In this document: piece after piece, positions 59,774 through 64,000 of the stretch
Numbering within the stretch: position 1 is the first letter of the stretch
Layout of the letters: every line of letters starts with the position of its first letter
From: Candidatus Latescibacterota bacterium
GTDB lineage: Bacteria; Latescibacterota; UBA2968; GCA-2709665
Length of the DNA stretch: 64,000 nt
Direction of reading: 5' to 3'
NCBI GenBank assembly: GCA_965208835.1
Contig: OZ242358.1
Span: forward strand, 3,904,001-3,968,000
The notes under the pieces: generated by a model
What the model was told of the DNA's origin: nothing
The model's input: the letters and a program-made list of their open reading frames with translations, nothing else
Databases searched by the model: none
Made by a program: the position numbers and the translations under genes

Positions 59774-60238
59774 TCAGTCGATCTTCTTGATGATTCGGAT
59801 CTTGACCCGCGCAACCCCCTCCTCCACCATTTCCAGACGACGCGCCGCACCCAGGGAAAGGTCCAGAATCCGGCCTTCTATAAAGGGTCCCCGGTCGTTG
59901 ACCTTCACCTTGACGCTCCGTCCGTTTCCGAGATGGGTAACATGGATGACGGTACCGAGCGGCAGCTCCCGATGGGCCGCGGTGAGACCGTACATATCGA
60001 AGATTTCACCGCTGGCGGTGGGACGGCCGTGAAACTTATGCGCGTAGTACGAGGCAAGGCCGACCTGAAAGGCGTCTTTGGTGGAGATAACGGGAGAATC
60101 AGCGGTCGTCTTTTCGGAGTCGGTCCCGGGGGGCGAGGTACGATACCTCGGCCGGGAAAAACAGCCTGAAGTAAGGCCGATTGCAAAAATCAGGAGAATG
60201 TGAATTGCAACGCGGTCAGTTCCGCGGCCCGGTTTCAA
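59774..60238 (-). CDS. rlpA: RlpA-family lipoprotein (lytic transglycosylase)
   Basis: LTSGC lipobox, ASYY, TASGE, TAAHRELP, VNDRGPF and LDLS motifs. Start approximate. Confidence 0.9.
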   Translation of the reverse strand: MKPGRGTDRVAIHILLIFAIGLTSGCFSRPRYRTSPPGTDSEKTTADSPVISTKDAFQVGLASYYAHKFHGRPTASGEIFDMYGLTAAHRELPLGTVIHVTHLGNGRSVKVKVNDRGPFIEGRILDLSLGAARRLEMVEEGVARVKIRIIKKID

Positions 60239-61139
60239 ACGAACCCACGAGGTCCGATATGCTCCCGATCCCGTGGCTCCGGCAGTATTCGGCAATGCCA
60301 TCGACAATCTCCACGGCCGCCCAGGGGTTGATGAAGGTGGTGGTTCCTATCTGTACAGCGGATGCGCCAACGATGAGAAACTCGATTGCGTCTCGAGCGG
60401 TCGCAATCCCGCCCATGCCGACGATAGGTATCGAAACCGTATCGGCGACCCGCCACACCATCGCCAGCGCGACCGGCTTGATGGCAGGTCCGGAAAGCCC
60501 ACCGGTAATATTCCCCAGAACAGGGCGACGGGTGCCGGCGTCCACGGCAAGGCCAAGCAGCGTGTTGATCAGCGCGATCCCGTCCGCACCGCCCTCTTCG
60601 ACGGCCGCGGCCACCGAGGCGATGTCGGTCACGTTGGGCGTGAGCTTGACGATGACGGGAAGCCTGGAGGCCGCCTTCACCGCCGCTGTGACATCGTGCG
60701 CGGCCTGCTCGCGACACCCGAAAAGCTGGCCGCCGTCCTTCATATTGGGCGAAGAGATGTTCAATTCAAGGGCGTCTACGTTCGGTATGTCGTTGAACCG
60801 TCGCGCCATTTCGGCGAATTCGTCGTTCGAGGTGCCGGCAATGCTGACGATCCGCGCTGTGGGAAGTGCCTGCAAGGGCGGTACCTTCTCGGCGATAAAG
60901 GCATCGAGACCGGGATTCGTGAGGCCGATGGAATTGAGCATTCCGGAAGGCGTTTCCGCGGTGCGGGGGGCACTGTTGCCGGCGCGGGGATGATAGGTTA
61001 TCGTCTTTGTAACCACGCCGCCTATCCTTGCGAAGTCGAGCATGCCCTCGTATTCGGCGCCGTGCCCGATGGTTCCCGAGGCCATCATCACTGGATTCCT
61101 GATGGTCAGACCGCCGCCGATGTGTGTGGAAAGGTCCAT
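60216..61139 (-). CDS. pyrD: Dihydroorotate dehydrogenase B, catalytic subunit
   Basis: NPVMMASGT, NSIGL.NPG, ELNISSPN, VKLTPNV, INT and GGLSGPAIKP motifs. Confidence 0.93.
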   Translation of the reverse strand: MDLSTHIGGGLTIRNPVMMASGTIGHGAEYEGMLDFARIGGVVTKTITYHPRAGNSAPRTAETPSGMLNSIGLTNPGLDAFIAEKVPPLQALPTARIVSIAGTSNDEFAEMARRFNDIPNVDALELNISSPNMKDGGQLFGCREQAAHDVTAAVKAASRLPVIVKLTPNVTDIASVAAAVEEGGADGIALINTLLGLAVDAGTRRPVLGNITGGLSGPAIKPVALAMVWRVADTVSIPIVGMGGIATARDAIEFLIVGASAVQIGTTTFINPWAAVEIVDGIAEYCRSHGIGSISDLVGSFETGPRN

Positions 61140-61209
61140 GGGCGTTCCGGGATGGCATTCCGAACAGTCCGTTGCTAAAGTCCTCTCCGCCGGCCAGGCC
61201 TGGCACCTG

Positions 61210-62004
61210 TTACCAGACGATCGCGTGTGCATCCACCACCGGTCCCTCAATGCAGACCCGCCGGTATCGATGGTCTTCCCTGTCCGCTTCCCGGTATTCC
61301 ACGACACAACCGACACACGCGCCAAATCCACAGGCCATATGGTTTTCGAGGGATGCCTGGCACGGCAGACCGCGATCTGCTGCGATCTCGGCTACCCGCG
61401 CCATCATGGCGTGTGGACCGCAGGTAAGTACCTGTGTTCCGACCTGCAGAGCATGTTCCGGAATCAGGTCCGTCACAGGGCCCTTATGCCCGAAGCTGCC
61501 GTCGTCGGTAGCCAGCCGTCGACGGAGATCGGAGGGAATCACACGATCCATCCCGGGCATGCGCGACTTGCTGGCCGCCCCCATCAGGAAAACCATGTCC
61601 TTCCGTCGTTCTTCATGGTACCAGGCCATGAAGGCGAGCGGAACCAGACCGACCCCTCCGGCGACGAGCAGGACACGGCCGGTAGCGGGAGGGACAAATG
61701 GGCGTCCGAGCGGGCCGAGCAGGTCGAGGCGATGACCGGGCGCGGCGGCGGCCATCCGGCAGGTGCCTTCTCCGATGGCGTCGTAGACCACCTCTATCGA
61801 TCCCGCATCGGGGTCCGTGCGAAGTGCACTGAATGGGCGCCGAAGATAGGGCGACTGACCTGCGTCGGTAAGGACCTGGACGAATTGAGCGGGGCGGCAC
61901 GCCCTGGCAATCCGCGGCGCGCGCAGTCTCATCAGGTAGACGTTTCGCGCAATCTGCTCGTTGACAAGGACTTCGGCGTATTCCTGGAAGAATTGAGGAA
62001 TCAT
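61210..62004 (-). CDS. pyrK: Dihydroorotate dehydrogenase electron-transfer subunit
   Basis: RRPFS, GGVG, TDDGS.G, CGP and MACGFGACVGC...C motifs. Confidence 0.93.
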   Translation of the reverse strand: MIPQFFQEYAEVLVNEQIARNVYLMRLRAPRIARACRPAQFVQVLTDAGQSPYLRRPFSALRTDPDAGSIEVVYDAIGEGTCRMAAAAPGHRLDLLGPLGRPFVPPATGRVLLVAGGVGLVPLAFMAWYHEERRKDMVFLMGAASKSRMPGMDRVIPSDLRRRLATDDGSFGHKGPVTDLIPEHALQVGTQVLTCGPHAMMARVAEIAADRGLPCQASLENHMACGFGACVGCVVEYREADREDHRYRRVCIEGPVVDAHAIVW

Positions 62005-62055
62005 GTGGACGAGAGCGTCACCCGCGCAAGCCGAAACGCCTTGAGAAGCTACTTG

Positions 62056-62094
62056 GAAGCTGTCTTAGAATTCCCGGCGGTCTTCGCACGGCTG
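62056..62094. mobile_element. Terminal fragment of MITE family A
   Basis: GAAGCTGTCTTAGAATTCCCGGCGGTCTTCGCACGGCTG matches one end of family A. Confidence 0.65.
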
Positions 62095-62206
62095 ACGTGC
62101 AAGATTGTGGCTTTGCGACTCTTGTGGCAATTGACCTCAGCCACGGATTTTTCGCGAATTTCGTAGTCTCGTAGTTTCGTAGTTTTGTCTTTCGTCGTTC
62201 CGTCGA

Positions 62207-63988
62207 CTAATTCTTGGGCGGGCTTTCGTTGTCCCGCTTGGGTTCTTCAAGCACCCGGTCGGCGGGCGCGGCACTATCGGCTCGATCAGCGGGTTCCGTA
62301 TCCGGTTCGGACTGTGCGATGGCTTTCAGGAAATCGCCTTTAAGGCTCGTTGACGCGAGATCCGCGAACTCCGTGAGCGGATAGCCGTCAACAAGCTTCT
62401 GGTAGTAGACCCGGGCGGAATCGGGGTTCTCCAGACGGTTCGCAAAGGTCCACGCGACTGTATAGAGCGCCCTGGCCGCAACCGGGCTGTTTGGGAATTC
62501 CAAAGGCAACTGTCTGAGGATATCCAGATGGCCGGTCGGGCTGACCCCGTCGGCCATCAGCGACTCGGCCTCACGAAACCGCGCTTCAGCCCTCGCGTCT
62601 TCCTCGAGGGCCTGCGCCAGCCGCTCGCGGGCGCTCACGGCATAGGGGTTGACGGGGTACGTGCCGATCAGTCTCCGGAACGTCTTCTCGGCCGCTTCCT
62701 GGTTCTTCAGACTGTCCGCGTAGATCAGGCCGATGGCATACAGGGCTTTTGGCGCCAGTTCGGTGTCGAGGCTGTCGGCGATCGCGTATGCCCTCCGATA
62801 CGTGGCGAGCGCAGAATCCGGTTCTGAGAAGTTGAACAAATACATCTCCGCCACGTTGAATAGCGCCTTAAGGCCCTTTTTCTTGCCCTTGGCGGCCGCC
62901 TTTTGAAAGCGCTCCAGCTTGACCAGGTCCTTTTCCCGGTCTCTGGCCGCCTTTCCTACGTCGGAACCGGGTCGTTCTTTTCGGGCGCTGGCGAAGAGCT
63001 CTTTCGCCTTCTCCATGTCTCTCTGGGTCGTCTGGGCGACCATCGCCAGCCGGTAGTAGGCTTCGGCGCTGAATTCGGTTTTCGGATTGTTCTCGATGAC
63101 TTCATTGTAGATCTCATCGGCGATTTCCTGTTTACCCATGAGATGATACACATTCGCCCGTTTAAGATGGACTTCTGGCTCATACGATCTCAGGCTCTTG
63201 ATATTCAGTATGCGGTTGTACGTTCCCAGGACTTCGTCCAGTTTTCCCTGACGCTCGAGAATGCTTCCGATCCGAAGGCGGGTTTCGAAATTGATCTTGT
63301 TTTTCGGTTTCGACTTCAACACCCGGCGATACGCCAGCAGGGCTTCTTCGTACCGTTCCAGGTGAAACCTGGCGTCGCCGATGCCTAGCCATATTCGCGT
63401 AGCGAGGCCCTTGGGCCTCGCCTCCAGCAGCTTCCGGTACGCATTTATGGCGGCGGCGTGATCGCCGGCTTCGGCTTCCAGTTCGGCCAGCGCGAGCCTC
63501 GCTTTCCCGTTAAATTGCGCATCGGCGCTCTCGCCCACGTTGGCCAGTACCGGACGCGCTTCTTCTGCCCTTCCTGACGCCCAGAACGTAAGCCCCTTCC
63601 AGTAGAGGGCCTCGGTGAGCAGCAGGCTTTGTGGAAAATTGTCCTGCAGTTCCTGGAACTTCAGCAGGGCGTCACGATAGTTGCGGAGCCAGTAGAAGGC
63701 CTTACCGATCAGCAGCAGGCTGTCGTCCACCCAGTCGCTGTCCCCGTGCCGGTCGAGGACGATGGAAGCCTTGCGTATGGCACGCCAATAGAAGTCGCGG
63801 TACCTGAACACCCTTTGCCGGTTCTTCTGGCTGGTGGCGGCCACGTTCTCGGCTTCCTCTCTCTTGCGTTCGGCTTCCTGGAACTGTTTTCGGGCATTAT
63901 AGAACGTGTTGTAATAGACACACCCGGAAACCAGGGTTCCCGCAAGCAGGACGATACAGAGCAGCAGGATCATCCGGATTGATTTCAT
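62207..63988 (-). CDS. TPR lipoprotein
   Basis: LVSGC lipobox followed by YYNTFYNA and many TPRs. Confidence 0.85.
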   Translation of the reverse strand: MKSIRMILLLCIVLLAGTLVSGCVYYNTFYNARKQFQEAERKREEAENVAATSQKNRQRVFRYRDFYWRAIRKASIVLDRHGDSDWVDDSLLLIGKAFYWLRNYRDALLKFQELQDNFPQSLLLTEALYWKGLTFWASGRAEEARPVLANVGESADAQFNGKARLALAELEAEAGDHAAAINAYRKLLEARPKGLATRIWLGIGDARFHLERYEEALLAYRRVLKSKPKNKINFETRLRIGSILERQGKLDEVLGTYNRILNIKSLRSYEPEVHLKRANVYHLMGKQEIADEIYNEVIENNPKTEFSAEAYYRLAMVAQTTQRDMEKAKELFASARKERPGSDVGKAARDREKDLVKLERFQKAAAKGKKKGLKALFNVAEMYLFNFSEPDSALATYRRAYAIADSLDTELAPKALYAIGLIYADSLKNQEAAEKTFRRLIGTYPVNPYAVSARERLAQALEEDARAEARFREAESLMADGVSPTGHLDILRQLPLEFPNSPVAARALYTVAWTFANRLENPDSARVYYQKLVDGYPLTEFADLASTSLKGDFLKAIAQSEPDTEPADRADSAAPADRVLEEPKRDNESPPKN

Positions 63989-64000
63989 GCGTTATCTGGC

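Noticed and set aside
62140-62200. Short degenerate tandem (CGTAGTTT)-like tract
   Set aside because: Only about three imperfect units; no function can be supported.

Overview
GC-rich bacterial chromosomal window. Two GWxTD-type TPR proteins, an NxPNPFN C-terminal secretion-type domain and a dockerin-like Ca-binding module suggest an FCB-group lineage such as Latescibacterota; this is inference only. Housekeeping content includes a PTS-IIA fragment, a CLC-CBS channel, vapBC, a split pyruvate:ferredoxin oxidoreductase directly followed by aceE-aceF-lpdA, ino1, a LysR regulator, thiI, a LysM-amidase, copA, thiL, a eukaryote-type hisA, an RND permease, arfB, a short S1 protein, rlpA and pyrDK. 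The most unusual element is a ~9.7 kb minus-strand membrane-stress locus (35.5-45.2 kb). It starts at a near-consensus sigma-54 promoter and runs through pspA (ESCRT-III family), a membrane winged-helix protein, three paralogous small membrane proteins sharing a C-terminal coiled-coil motif, a STAS protein lacking the phospho-Ser, an unannotated 58-aa membrane protein, an ECF sigma with no adjacent anti-sigma, nfeD-flotillin, a soluble TPR histidine kinase and a receiver-fused PspF-like activator. Also notable are a lipoprotein with a Tcp10/CPAP-like PDG beta-repeat and a degenerate CAP domain, and three MITE-like repeat families that often sit on stop codons. No rRNA, tRNA, CRISPR array or intact transposase was seen. 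All calls were made by eye, without database searches.
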